DNA of 63,042 bases, the filler included, from Chiloscyllium plagiosum (taxonomy: Eukaryota), in the NCBI RefSeq assembly GCF_004010195.1. It is 5 parts of one record of this genome, joined end to end, with 100 filler letters (N's around TTAATTAATTAA, not from the genome) between each part and the next. Parts side by side here need not be neighbours in the genome. Positions count along the whole stretch, not along the records: positions 22,577 to 42,777 come from NC_057713.1; 4 more parts are not named here. One strand, written 5' to 3'. Shown here piece after piece: positions 25,210 to 36,700 of this stretch. The translations under genes were made by a program, and so were the position numbers. The notes under the pieces are model-generated. The model ran no database searches, was not told the origin of the DNA, and worked only from the letters and a program-made list of their open reading frames with translations. Within the stretch, counting starts at the first letter, position 1. Each line of letters starts with the position of its first letter.

Positions 25210-25575
25210 AAGAAATGTAGAAAATAGGAGGAAGAGTAGGCCATTCAGCCCTTCAGACCTGCTCCCTATTCAATATGATCATGGCTGATCATCCAACTCA
25301 GTCCCCCATTCCCGTTTCTCACCTGACCCTTTGATCCCTTTCGCCCTAAGAACTGTATCTCACTGCTTTTTGAAAACATTCGATGTTTTGGCCTCAACCA
25401 CTTCCTGTGTCAGAGAATCCCACAGGCTCCCTACTCTCTGGGTAAAGACATTTCTCCTCATCTCAGTCTGGAAGGGCCTACTTTAGACCGTGACCCTGAT
25501 TCCGGACGACCTGGACATTGGGAACATCTTTCCTGAATCTATCTTGTCTAGAGCTGTTGAATTTAATAAGTTTCA
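25210..25575 (-). mobile_element. CR1 LINE 3' fragment
   Basis: Closely similar to 47950-48245 (attcaatatgatcatggctgatcatccaactcagtccc). Confidence 0.8.
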
Positions 25576-26014
25576 GCAGCGAAGTTCGGATCCTTCAAGG
25601 TATGTAATGTCTGACTGACCTTTCTCCCAAAGGGACTAAGCTTTGTGAGGATTTTTCCACAAAACTGGAGAAATGATTCCTCCTGGACCTTGGAGTTGTT
25701 TCCTGGTTTTTTTGGTGTTTGGACAGGGTGAGGATGCTATTTTCAGATCTGTCTGCCTGCATCAGGAGAATCCCAGGAGTTTCCTTGCTGGGATAATGAA
25801 TTGACCCAAGCCTGATCATATTGTTCAATCCCAGCCAATGGGATTTACTGGTAAACAACTCCCAAGTGTTCACACTAAATGGTCATCAGCCCAATTCCAT
25901 GCTCCATATAAGATAGTATGGTGCTGGTCTGTCTGGAGAGGCCATAAGCCTGCCTTATTTGGTCAATACAGGAAATTGCAGGTCACATTATGTCCTGGCT
26001 ACAAGTCTAACCAA

Positions 26015-26122
26015 GGCAAAAGTGAGGACTGCAGATGCTGGAAACCAGAGTCTAGATTAGAGTGGTGCTGGAAAAGCACAGCAGGTCAGGCAGCAGGAAA
26101 ATCGATGTTTTGGGCAAAAGCC
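26015..26122 (-). mobile_element. Short PLE-derived element, 8-bp TSD
   Basis: CTAACCAA at 26007-26014 and 26123-26130. The body matches 1341-1461. Confidence 0.8.
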
Positions 26123-26213
26123 CTAACCAACGTCAGTGTTTAAACTAGCTTGACTAAACTTCCCAGCATGCTTGATTGTAGCCCATAACCAGTCTAGTAA
26201 ACATTTCTGACCA

Positions 26214-26520
26214 GTTAGCACTGCTGCCTCACAGCACCCGGGACCCGGGTTCGACTCCACCCTCAGGCGACTGTCTGTGTGGAGGTTGCACATTCTCCCC
26301 GTGTCTGCGTGGGTTTCCTCTGGGTGCTCCGGTTTCCTCCCCCAATCCGAAGGTGTTCAGGTTAGGGTGGATTGGATGTACAGGCCAGATGAATTAGTCT
26401 TGGGCAAATGGGTGGGCAGTTTTGGGATAGGGTAGGTCCAGGTGGGATGCTCTTCAGATGACTGTTATGGACTCGATGGGCTGAATAGCCTGCTTCCACA
26501 GTGTCGGGATTCTATGATTC
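26214..26520 (+). mobile_element. HE1-type V-SINE variant
   Basis: gttagcactgctgcctcacagc..gggttcgactcc..V core..tail ttctatgattc. Confidence 0.85.
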
Positions 26521-26689
26521 TGCTGCTGACCACACAGTTATGGCCATATTCCATGAACAAATAAAAATATGCAGCTGCCCCTTTAATCCCATGGGTTTTC
26601 ATTTTAACAATCAGTTGAACGGGAAATAGTTTTGTTTTCCAATCTGCGAGTATTGTTATCTATCAGAATGATCACCTTCCCTACTCTCA

Positions 26690-27345
26690 TCATAGTGTAG
26701 TGGAAATGAGGACAGATTACAGAATCCCAGGCAAATGTCCAGGGCACAAGGGTCCGGGCTACCCAGGCAGGTGGTGGAATTTGAATTCAATTAAAAATCT
26801 GGAATTAAAAAGTAGACTAATTGTGATCATATAATCACTGTCAGAAAGCCATAATAAAACCCATCTGTCTCTCTTTGGGTGCAATGGTAGTGTTTGGGAA
26901 AAAAGACAGTAAACCAGGAGACGGTCTCCTTAGTTTAGGGACTGGCTCTGAGCTGGGAACAGAAAACCTGTGCAGTTCGATAATCGTGGAGGGAATGGGT
27001 AAGTTACCATCCTTACCTGGTGTTTGGGGAGGTGATGGGCCAATGGTATTACCACTGGGCTGTTAATGCAGAGATTTAAGATAATGTTTTGGGGATGTGG
27101 GGGGTTGGAATCCTGCCTGGGCAGATGGTGGAATCTGAATTCATTAAAAATCTAGAATTAGGAGTCTCATGTTGAATCAGGAATCCATTGTGGAAAAACC
27201 CATCTGGTTCACGAACATCCTTGAGGGAAGGAAACAGCCATCCTTACCCGGTCTGGCCTACACTGGACTCCAGAACCACGACAATGTGACCCTTACCTGC
27301 CCTCTAGGCAATAAATGCTGGCCTGACCAGTGATGCGCTCATTTG
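26690..27345 (+). mobile_element. Two LF-SINE-like copies (one partial, one near full)
   Basis: ggtggaatttgaattcaat..aaaatctggaatt and aaaacccatctggttcac..ccttacccggtctggcctacac. Confidence 0.7.
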
Positions 27346-27554
27346 ATGAAGACATTGGGGAAAAACAATATCAAAGCCAGTTACAGCACAGGAGGGGGCT
27401 ACTTGATAGCTGGTGTTTCAAAAACAAGACCAATTTACAAGCTCATTACTTTATTAACTGATGATACAGTGCAGTTTGTTCAAAAGGAAGTGCAGTTTTT
27501 AATCAAACACCATTCGCGGACACACACACAGGACTCTCAGAGGTTTCACAACCA

Positions 27555-27780
27555 ATCAACTACATTGAAGTGTGTCATTGTTGAAATGTCAAAACCATAA
27601 CAGACAATTTGAACGCAGCAAGATCATGCTCAGAGCTCTGTGGCCACATTTAGTTATAAATATTTGGTGAGACACAGACTAACTCCCCTACTTTTCTCAA
27701 TAGGGAAGAGCGAAATTTTACAGCAATCTGAGGGCAGAGGGGAGAGGGGAGATAGTTTAATATCTTCTCTGAAGGCAGCA
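27555..27780 (-). mobile_element. Decayed Deu-SINE body leading directly into array 4
   Basis: actcccctacttttctcaatag..ttttacagcaatctgagggcaga..gtttaatatcttctctgaaggcagcacctctgac matches the reverse complement of the Deu domain up to the repeat unit. Confidence 0.65.
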
Positions 27781-29168
27781 CCTCTGACGGTGGGGCACTC
27801 CCTCAGCACTGACCCTCTGACAGTGCAGCACTCCCTCAGTGCTGAACCTCCGACAGTGCAGCACTCCCTCAGCACTGACCCTTCGACAGTGCGGCACTCC
27901 CTCAGCACTGACCCTCNNNNNNNNNNNNNNNNNNNNNNNNNNNNNNNNNNNNNNNNNNNNNNNNNNNNNNNNNNNNNNNNNNNNNNNNNNNNNNNNNNNN
28001 NNNNNNNNNNNNNNNNNNNNNNNNNNNNNNNNNNNNNNNNNNNNNNNNNNNNNNNNNNNNNNNNNNNNNNNNNNNNNNNNNNNNNNNNNNNNNNNNNNNN
28101 NNNNNNNNNNNNNNNNNNNNNNNNNNNNNNNNNNNNNNNNNNNNNNNNNNNNNNNNNNNNNNNNNNNNNNNNNNNNNNNNNNNNNNNNNNNNNNNNNNNN
28201 NNNNNNNNNNNNNNNNNNNNNNNNNNNNNNNNNNNNNNNNNNNNNNNNNNNNNNNNNNNNNNNNNNNNNNNNNNNNNNNNNNNNNNNNNNNNNNNNNNNN
28301 NNNNNNNNNNNNNNNNNNNNNNNNNNNNNNNNNNNNNNNNNNNNNNNNNNNNNNNNNNNNNNNNNNNNNNNNNNNNNNNNNNNNNNNNNNNNNNNNNNNN
28401 NNNNNNNNNNNNNNNNNNNNNNNNNNNNNNNNNNNNNNNNNNNNNNNNNNNNNNNNNNNNNNNNNNNNNNNNNNNNNNNNNNNNNNNNNNNNNNNNNNNN
28501 NNNNNNNNNNNNNNNNNNNNNNNNNNNNNNNNNNNNNNNNNNNNNNNNNNNNNNNNNNNNNNNNNNNNNNNNNNNNNNNNNNNNNNNNNNNNNNNNNNNN
28601 NNNNNNNNNNNNNNNNNNNNNNNNNNNNNNNNNNNNNNNNNNNNNNNNNNNNNNNNNNNNNNNNNNNNNNNNNNNNNNNNNNNNNNNNNNNNNNNNNNNN
28701 NNNNNNNNNNNNNNNNNNNNNNNNNNAGCACTGACCCTCCGACAGTGTGGCACTCCTTCAGCACTGACCCTCCGACAGTGTGGCACTCCTTCAGCACTGA
28801 CCCTCCGACAGTGTGGCACTCCTTCAGCACTGACCCTCCGACAGTGTGGCACTCCTTCAGCACTGACCCTCCGACAGTGTGGCACTCCTTCAGCACTGAC
28901 CCTCCGACAGTGTGGCACTCCTTCAGCACTGACCCTCCGACAGTGTGGCACTCCTTCAGCACTGACCCTCCGACAGTGTGGCACTCCTTCAGCACTGACC
29001 CTCCGACAGTGTGGCACTCCTTCAGCACTGACCCTCCGACAGTGTGGCACTCCTTCAGCACTGACCCTCCGACAGTGTGGCACTCCTTCAGCACTGACCC
29101 TCCGACAGTGTGGCACTCCCTCAGCACTGACCCTCCGACAGTGCAGTGCTCCCTCAGCACTGACCCTG
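27781..29168. repeat. 33-bp satellite array 4 (C-rich strand on +), about 810-bp N gap inside
   Basis: About 11 identical units cactgaccctccgacagtgtggcactccttcag at 28730-29100. Confidence 0.95.
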
Positions 29169-29479
29169 TGACAAATGTGCCATGATGGATTTGACAACCA
29201 AAAATGTGAGGATGGTTCCAAATTTGTAATAAAAGCTTGGAAATATTCTCTGAAACCACACCAGCTCCATACTCCCTGAACTCTGTGTTGATCCAACAAA
29301 TGTGGTCTTGTATGATTTACAGGTGAGTTATGGACAGGTAAGCTAATTATAGAATTTCTTCAAGAATGCATTAAACCCAGGATGGAGTTGTGATTTTTGT
29401 TATAAAACAAAACATGCAAATTATAAACTGTGATTTCTTTGAACGACCAAATCTGTAAGCTTGCCTTCATTGTTCAGAA

Positions 29480-29850
29480 CCTTGAGTCTAGGAGTTGAGA
29501 CATTATGTTGAGGTTGTACAGTATATTAGTGAGCCGTTTTCTGGAGGGCTGTGCACAGTTCTGCTCAACCCAGTTATAGCAAGGATATTATTAAGCTGGA
29601 GAGGGTTCAGAAAAGACTTACCACGACATTGCTGGGAATAAAGGGAATTGAGTTATAAAGATAGGCTGGATAGACTGGGACCTCTTTCCCTGGAGCGTAG
29701 GAGGTTTATAAAACCATCATAGATAAGGTGATTAACACATGTCTTTTCCCGAGAGTGGGGGATATCAAGACTAGTGGCACATTTGTAAGTTTAAAAGACA
29801 TTTGGATAAGTTCATGAGTAGGAAAGGTTTGGAGGGATATAGGGCATGTT
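29480..29850 (+). mobile_element. CR1 LINE 3' fragment with deletions
   Basis: gttgaggttgtacag..aagctggagagggttcagaaaagactta..aaaagacatttggataagttcatg. Confidence 0.8.
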
Positions 29851-30610
29851 TGACTCTATGACTACATGACTATGACTATATGACTGTACAACTCTATGGC
29901 AATACAACTCAATGACTATACAACTCTATGACTGTGACTGTCTGACTGTACGATTCTATGACTGTACAACTCTATGATTATCTGACTTTATGACTCTATG
30001 ACTCTAAAGCCTTATGACTCTATGACTATATGACTCTATGACTCTATGTCTGTACAGCTCTATGACTGTATGACTCTACGGCTCTATAACTGTATGGCTG
30101 TACGGTTCTATAACTGTATGACTCTATGACTGTACGACCCTATGACTGTACGGCTCTATGACTGTATGACTCTATGACTGTATGGCTCTATGATTCTATG
30201 ACTGTACGGTTCTATGACTACGGCTCTCTATGACTCTATGACTGTATGACTCTATGACTGTATGGCTCTATGACTGTACGACTCTATAACTGTACAGCTC
30301 TATGACTGTATGACTCTATGACTGTACGACTCTATGACAGTATGGCTCTATGACTGTACGGCTCTATGACTGTATGACTCTATGACTGTATGGCTCTATG
30401 ACTGTACGGCTCTATGACTGTATGACTCTATGACTGTATGGCTCTATGATTCTATGACTGTACGGCTCTATGACTATGGCTCTATGACTTTATGACTGTA
30501 TGACTCTATGACTGTATGACTCTATGACTACGGCTCTATGACTTTATGACTGTATGGCTCTATGACTGTATGACTCTATAACTGTACAGCTCTATGACTG
30601 TATGACTCTA
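29850..30610. repeat. (TATGACTC/TATGACTG)n 8/16-bp satellite expanded from the CR1 tail, copy 1
   Basis: Follows the CR1 3' end directly. Units are tatgactc, tatgactg, tacggctc and tatggctc. Confidence 0.9.
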
Positions 30611-31495
30611 AGATAGGCTGGATAGACTGGGACCTCTTTCCCTGGAGCGTAGGAGGTTTATAAAACCATCATAGATAAGGTGATTAACACATGTCTTTTC
30701 CCGAGAGTGGGGGATATCAAGACTAGTGGCACATTTGTAAGTTTAAAAGACATTTGGATAAGTTCATGAGTAGGAAAGGTTTGGAGGGATATAGGGCATG
30801 TTTGACTCTATGACTACATGACTATGACTATATGACTGTACAACTCTATGGCAATACAACTCAATGACTATACAACTCTATGACTCTGACTGTCTGACTG
30901 TACGATTCTATGACTGTACAACTCTATGATTATCTGACTTTATGACTCTATGACTCTAAAGCCCTATGACTCTATGATTATATGACTCTATGACTCTATG
31001 TCTGTACAGCTCTATGACTGTATGACTGTACGGCTCTATAACTGTATGACTGTACGGCTCTATAACTGTATGACTCTATGACTGTACGACCCTATGACTG
31101 TACGGCTCTATGACTGTACGGCTCTATGACTGTATGACTCTATGACTGTATGGCTCTATGATTGTACGGCTCTATGACTGTATGACTCTATGACTGTATG
31201 GCTCTATGACTGTACGACTCTATAACTGTACGGCTCTATGACTGTATGACTCTATGACTGTACGACTCTATGACTGTATGGCTCTATGACTGTACGGCTC
31301 TATGACTGTATGACTCTATGACTGTATGGCTCTATGATTCTATGACTGTATGACTCTATGACTACGGCTCTATGACTTTATAACTGTATGACTCTATGAC
31401 TACGGCTCTATGACTTTATGACTGTATGACTCTATGACTGTATGACCCTATGACTCGACGACTTTATGACTATACGCCCTATGACTGTATGACCC
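30610..31495. repeat. Second copy of a ~952-bp tandem duplication (CR1 end plus tail satellite)
   Basis: aagataggctggatagactgggacc starts at 29658 and again at 30610. Confidence 0.9.
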
Positions 31496-31499
31496 AAGA

Positions 31500-32005
31500 C
31501 TCACGCACCGTCCTCTCCTGGGCCTGCTGCAATGTTCCGATGAAGCACAATGCAAGCTCAAGGACCAACCCTTCATTTTCCATTCAAGCACTCGACAGCC
31601 TCGTGGTCTCAATACTGAATTCAATAAACTCCAAGTATGACCTCTGACTTCGAGCCTACTTACATCCCCCACTCTCCCCCGACTATGTATTGTAGGCTTT
31701 GGTCTCAAACTGGACCCATTTCTGCCCTTCCACGCCTTCATTGACTCCAAAAGAACATCTCTACCACTCCTTTACCATCACTCCCCCTGCCTTTTGCTCT
31801 GGGCCCCCTCATCATTTGTTCTACTTGCTCCTGCTCCCTCTCCGTCAACAGGACAAAAAAAAACACATTTTTCAGCCCCCTTCAGTTCCAAATAAGAATC
31901 ATATTGGATTTGAAATGTTAATTCTTTTTCTGTGCTGCTAGACCTGGTGTGTTTCTCCAGTGTTCACTGTGTTTGTCTCAAATTTCCAGCATCTGCATTT
32001 TTGAC
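31500..32005 (+). mobile_element. PLE 3' remnant (end of the GIY-YIG ORF plus pseudo-LTR)
   Basis: Translates LGLLQCSDEAQCKLKDQPFIFHSSTRQPRGLNTEFN, resembling the PLE ORF end, then a C-rich UTR and the short subfamily-2 element. Confidence 0.65.
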
Positions 32006-33728
32006 TTTCTTTGAAGATTCTTAAGAGACTTGACAGGGGAGATGTGAAGTGGTTGTTTCTCCTTGTGGGAGAGTCTAGGACCAAAGGGAATAATCCCAGA
32101 ACATGGGGCTGTCCATTTAAGATGAAGATGAGGAGGAATTTCTTCTCTCAGAGGGGAGTGAATCTGTGGAATTCTTTACCTCAGAGGGCTATCGAGGCTG
32201 GGGCATTGAGTATATTCAAGACTGAGAAGATTTTTAGTCAGGATGGGGAATTATGGGTTATGGGGAATAGGCAGGACAGTAGAGTTGAGGATTTCCAGGT
32301 CAACTACTCACTGTTTTGTCTCACATCACCCACACTTCATTTGCACCTCACTTTAAATTGATGCCCCTCTCGTTTTTTTTTACAAGTGGGAACGGCTTCT
32401 CCCTATCTATCCAGACCACTCATAATTTTGGAAACCTCTATCAGATCTCCTCTCAGCTTCCTTCTCTCCAAGGAGAATATTCCTAACTTCTCCAATTGGT
32501 CCTCATCGTTACAGCTCCTCTACCCTGGAAACCTTCCAGTTCTGCACTTCGGATCTGCATTCTCTCCAATGCAATCACATTTCCCAGGAATAGAAATGTT
32601 ATACTTTACGCCCACAGCTAATGTGGTTGACTGTTGCATACCCACTGGGCAATTAGGGAAGGGCAATCTATGCTGGCCCAGCCAGTGACACCTACATCCC
32701 TTGAATGAATAAAAAGACACCCTTTTTACCGTATTACATCTGCTCATATCATCCTTCTACACTTATTCGTTAAGCTGTGTCTTCAAGCGTTCCTTTCTTG
32801 GACAATGGTTTTGAATGATCTTGGGTGTCCTAATAAAAGATGGTCCATTGGCAGTGAGGTGGTTTGGGACCCTCTGATAACGTGATTGGGACAGAAAGCG
32901 AGGTCATCGACCTGAAATGTTAACCTTACCTCTCTCTCTCGGCAGGTGCTGGGTGACCCGGTGAGAATTGTCCGTCTTTGTTTCACGCAGCGAAAGCTGC
33001 TGGATGAATAATCAAGTCGCCTGCCTCTCCTCCACCGCGTGGAATGATCCTGAAATATAAATGAAACACAGTGGAAAAGCCCAGAGGGAGAGGCAGCCAG
33101 CTGAGACCCCGAGTTGTCGGAGTTTACATTTGAGATCTGAAGGAATTTCCAGTGGGAAAATTCCATCAATGTTGCACTTCAGTTTTGTGTTAAACCTGAA
33201 AGGAGCAGTTTAATAGAGACTGTACAATGCCCCATCGGAGCCATGCTCTTTGATAAAGAGATAACTGAGCAGTCTCACCTCCCAGCTCTCAGCCCATTGC
33301 CCTGTGGGTGCGCAGCCTCCTGTACAATTATTAATGAGAATCTCTTGCCTCTTCCACACTTCTCAGTGGTGTTCTGCCATTGTCCAAAACTCTTTGAGGG
33401 CAAGGAAGCCATAGGACAATAAGACGTATAACAGAAGTAGGCCATTCAGCCCATCAAATCTGCTTCATCGTTCAATGATGTCATGATTAATCTGATGATC
33501 CTCAACTCTACTTTTCCCCATCACCCTCGATTCCCCTTCCTGATCAAAACCCTGTCTGTCTCAGCCCTGAATATACTCAATGCCCCAGCCTCGACAGCCC
33601 TCTGTGGGAAAGAATTCCACAGATTCACTCCCCTCGGAGAGAAGCAGTTCTTCCTCATCTCCGTCTTAAATGGTCGGCCCCATATTCTGAAATTACGCCC
33701 TCTGGTCCTAGACTCCCCCACAAGGAGA

Positions 33729-33923
33729 TGGGTAAAAACAAGGGCTGCAGATGCTGGAAACCAGATTCTAGATTAGAGTGGTGCTGGAAAAGCACAGCAG
33801 GTCAGGCAGCATCCGAGGAGATATCTCTCCACCCTGCAGGCACTCTGCCTCTATTCCTGATGAAGGGCTTTTGCCCGAAACATTGATTTTCCTGCTCCTT
33901 GGATGCTGCCTGACCTGCTGTGA
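33729..33923. mobile_element. Inverted pair of short PLE-derived elements, 15-bp TSD
   Basis: TCCCCCACAAGGAGA at 33714-33728 and 33924-33938. The hammerhead core CTGATGA-A-GGGC-TTTT-GCCC-GAAA lies at 33857-33880. Confidence 0.85.
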
Positions 33924-33979
33924 TCCCCCACAAGGAGAAACAACCTCTCCACATCTCCCCTGTCAAGTCCCCTAGGACT

Positions 33980-34747
33980 TGAACACACCGGATCATCAAC
34001 TCCACACTCACAGGAATCCGATTCATGAGAGAAGAAGAAAAGGACAACCAACTCCCATTCCTAGACGTGATGGTACAGAGAACACCAAACGGAGAATTCA
34101 CTACAAGGGTATACAGGAAAGCCACACACACAGACCAAGTCCTAAACTATGAAAGTAACCACCCCAACACACACAAACGAAGCTGCATCAGGACACTAAT
34201 CAAAAGGGCCACAACACACTGCAGTACACAACTGCAAAAAGAAGACGTCGACCTGGACCCAATATACCAACCACTACAGCGGACAGCTGAAACTGACAAC
34301 CGGAAGCGGCAGGGACAGACCACTATAAACACCGGAGGAAACACCAAAGAAGCGCTTCGCAGGAGGCTCCCAAGCACTGATGATGTCGCCCAGCCAGGGG
34401 ACGAAATTCCCTCTCCTTGGTGTTGGGAACAAGCAATATGAATTCGACTGGGACAACACTACTATCGTAGGGCAAGCCAGACAGAGAACAGCCAGGGAAT
34501 TCCTAGAGGCATGGCATTCATCCACAAACTCCATCAACAAACACATCGACCTGGACCCAATATACCAACCACTACAGCGGACAGCTGAAACTGACAACCG
34601 GAAGCGGCAGGGACAGACCACTATAAACACCGGAGGAAACATCAAAGAAGCGCTTCGCAGGAGGCTCCCAAGCACTGATGATGTCGCCTAGCCAGGGGAC
34701 GAAACGTTTGCAACAAAAACTTCCAGCTCGGCGAACAGAACCACAAC
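33980..34747 (+). mobile_element. Penelope-like element (Poseidon-type), internally deleted, with a partial tandem pseudo-LTR
   Basis: RT C-terminus REEEKDNQLPFLDV..TRVYRKATHTDQVLNYESNHP..KRSCI and GIY-YIG end FDWDNTTIVG..REFLEAWHS..SINKHIDLDPIY. 34248-34406 is repeated at 34546-34704. Confidence 0.9.
34672..34712 (+). ncRNA. Minimal type-I hammerhead ribozyme motif in the PLE pseudo-LTR
   Basis: GCA-CTGATGA-T-GTC..GAC-GAAA-CG-TT-TGC: catalytic boxes, a GTC/GAC stem II, palindromic AACGTT helix III and GCA/TGC stem I. A truncated copy lies at 34374-34406. Confidence 0.65.
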
Positions 34748-35559
34748 AATCTTTTGTTTCAATGAGGTCCCCTCTCATTCTTCTAAACCCCAGTGAGTAC
34801 AGGCCCAACCTACTCACCCTCTCCTCCATCCCCGCGATCAGCCGAGTGAACCCGCTCTGGACTGTCTTGAATGCCAGTTTATCTGTGCTTGGATCCGGGG
34901 CCCCAAAACCTGTTGACAGTATTCCAAACTGTGATCTAGCTAGTACCTTGTACAGTTTAGTAAAGCTTCCCCACTTTTATACTCCATTCCCTTTAAACTA
35001 AAGATCAACATTTTATCTGCTTTTCCGATTATCCAGTTAACCTGGATGCTGCTTTTTCGCGGTTCATGTTCTGGGATTCCCAAATCTTTTGGTTCTGTAG
35101 CTTTCTGCAGTCTTTCTACATTTTAATAACATTTAACTGTCAGCTAACCTGAGCCAGAATTTGGGAATTGGACCTGTGTTAGTGGTGTTACCTCAAAATG
35201 TAGACTAGCCAACCAAGCGAACTGCTCACTGTCTACATCCAGTCTTGGTTAACAGCAGAATGGTTAGTGTATACCTTCTAAACCAGGTTACTCAGTGGGT
35301 TAGCAGAGGGACCATCCGATGGAAAGGGTCATTGAACAGCAGTTGGTAACCTGTGCACCGTCTGTGTTGGAAATCACGGCTCCAGGCTGACTCCAATTTA
35401 ACACGGATCACAGTAAGAGAACTATCCAGGCATGTTTGTCCAGCATTTCAAGTTCAAAAAGTTGTATAAGCAAGATCCAAAGATTGGATAAAGGGTTTTT
35501 ATTAAGATGAAATATTCAAAGCTAATCTGGTTCTTTCCTGCTGCCTGCCCTCTGGATTA

Positions 35560-35950
35560 TTAGTAGCCCAGTGGTCATGTCGCTGGGCTACTAATCCAAA
35601 ACCCTAGGCTAATGTTCTGGGAACTGGGTTACAACCCTCTCATGGCAAATGGTGAAATTTGAATTCAATCTTTAAAACAATCTTTAAAACAATCTTTAAA
35701 ACAAGAATGAAAAGCTAGTCTAATTGTGACGATTGTCACTTGTTGTAAAAACCATCCAGTTCACTAATACCCTTTATGGAGGGGAAACCTGCCATCCTTA
35801 CCTGGTCTGACCTCCATGTGACTCCAGACCCACAGCAATGTGGGTGGCTCTTAATTACCCTGTGAAATGGCCCTGGTAAGTCACTCAGTTTTGGGTGTTT
35901 AGAGATGGGGAAGAATTGCCAGTGAGACCTACATTCCATGAATGAATAAA
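35560..35950 (+). mobile_element. LF-SINE-like element, near full length, with an internal (AATCTTTAAAAC)x3
   Basis: tRNA-like head, aaaaccatccagttcactaat, ctgccatccttacctggtctgacctccatgtgactccagacccacagcaatgtgg, tail gaatgaataaaa. Confidence 0.8.
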
Positions 35951-35974
35951 AGAAAACAGGTTGGAATGATTGCA

Positions 35975-36490
35975 TGAGTCATCGAGTCATAGNNNNNNNN
36001 NNNNNNNNNNNNNNNNNNNNNNNNNNNNNNNNNNNNNNNNNNNNNNNNNNNNNNNNNNNNNNNNNNNNNNNNNNNNNNNNNNNNNNNNNNNNNNNNNNNN
36101 NNNNNNNNNNNNNNNNNNNNNNNNNNNNNNNNNNNNNNNNNNNNNNNNNNTTCTGGACTCCCCGACCCCAGGGAAAAGACTTTGCCTATTTATCCTATCC
36201 ATGCCCCTCATAATTTTGTAAACCTATATAAGGTCACCCCTCAGCCTCCGACACTCCAGGGAAAACAGCCCCAGCCTGTTCAGCCTCTCCCTGTAGCTCA
36301 GATCCTCCAACCCTGGCAACATCCTTGTAAACCTTTTCTGAACCCTTTCAAGTTTCACAACATCTTTCCGATAGGAAGGAGACCAGAATTGCACGCAATA
36401 TTCCAACAGTGGCCTAACCAATGTCCTGTACAGCTGCAACATGACCTGCCAACCCCTGTACTCGATCCTCTGACCTATAAAGGACAGCAT
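35975..36490 (-). mobile_element. Young CR1 (HER1-like) 3' portion
   Basis: ORF 36224-36490 gives LQLYRTLVRPLLEYCVQFWSP..KLERVQKRFTRMLPGL..RRLRGDLI. Confidence 0.9.
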
Positions 36491-36559
36491 TCCAAACTCC
36501 GCCTTCTTTACTATGGGAAAACCCTGGGATCACGGAATGAGAGAGACCTGTATTTAATT

Positions 36560-36700
36560 ATCCCCTTTTACAACAACCCGAGATGATTCACATCCAATGA
36601 GGTAGTTTTGAAGAGTGGGCGTTGTTGTAATGTAGGGAGCCCGGCAACCTGAGCACAGGAAGATCCCAAACGGCAGCCTGATAATGACGAGATGGGTAAC
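36560..36700 (-). mobile_element. Deu-SINE 3' fragment without a satellite array
   Basis: ccaatgaggtagttttgaag..gttgttgtaatgtaggga..gcacaggaagatcccaaacggcag is the reverse complement of the tail seen at 20300-20480. Confidence 0.55.

Larger units (their letters stand above)
33410..35130 (-). mobile_element. CR1 LINE 3' portion hosting nested PLE insertions
   Basis: ORF 33521-33721 gives GESRTRG..FKTEMRKNCFSPRGVNLWNS. The element resumes after 34748. Confidence 0.8.

Noticed and set aside
27640..29299. Long 364-500 aa ORFs
   Set aside because: They consist of N gap plus satellite.
32930..33049. 120-bp minus-strand segment with a good acceptor and a GTAAGG donor
   Set aside because: The translation (DHSTRWRRGRR...) does not complete the finger or resemble a known protein, and half of it is a decayed PLE-derived repeat. 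At most a cryptic exon.
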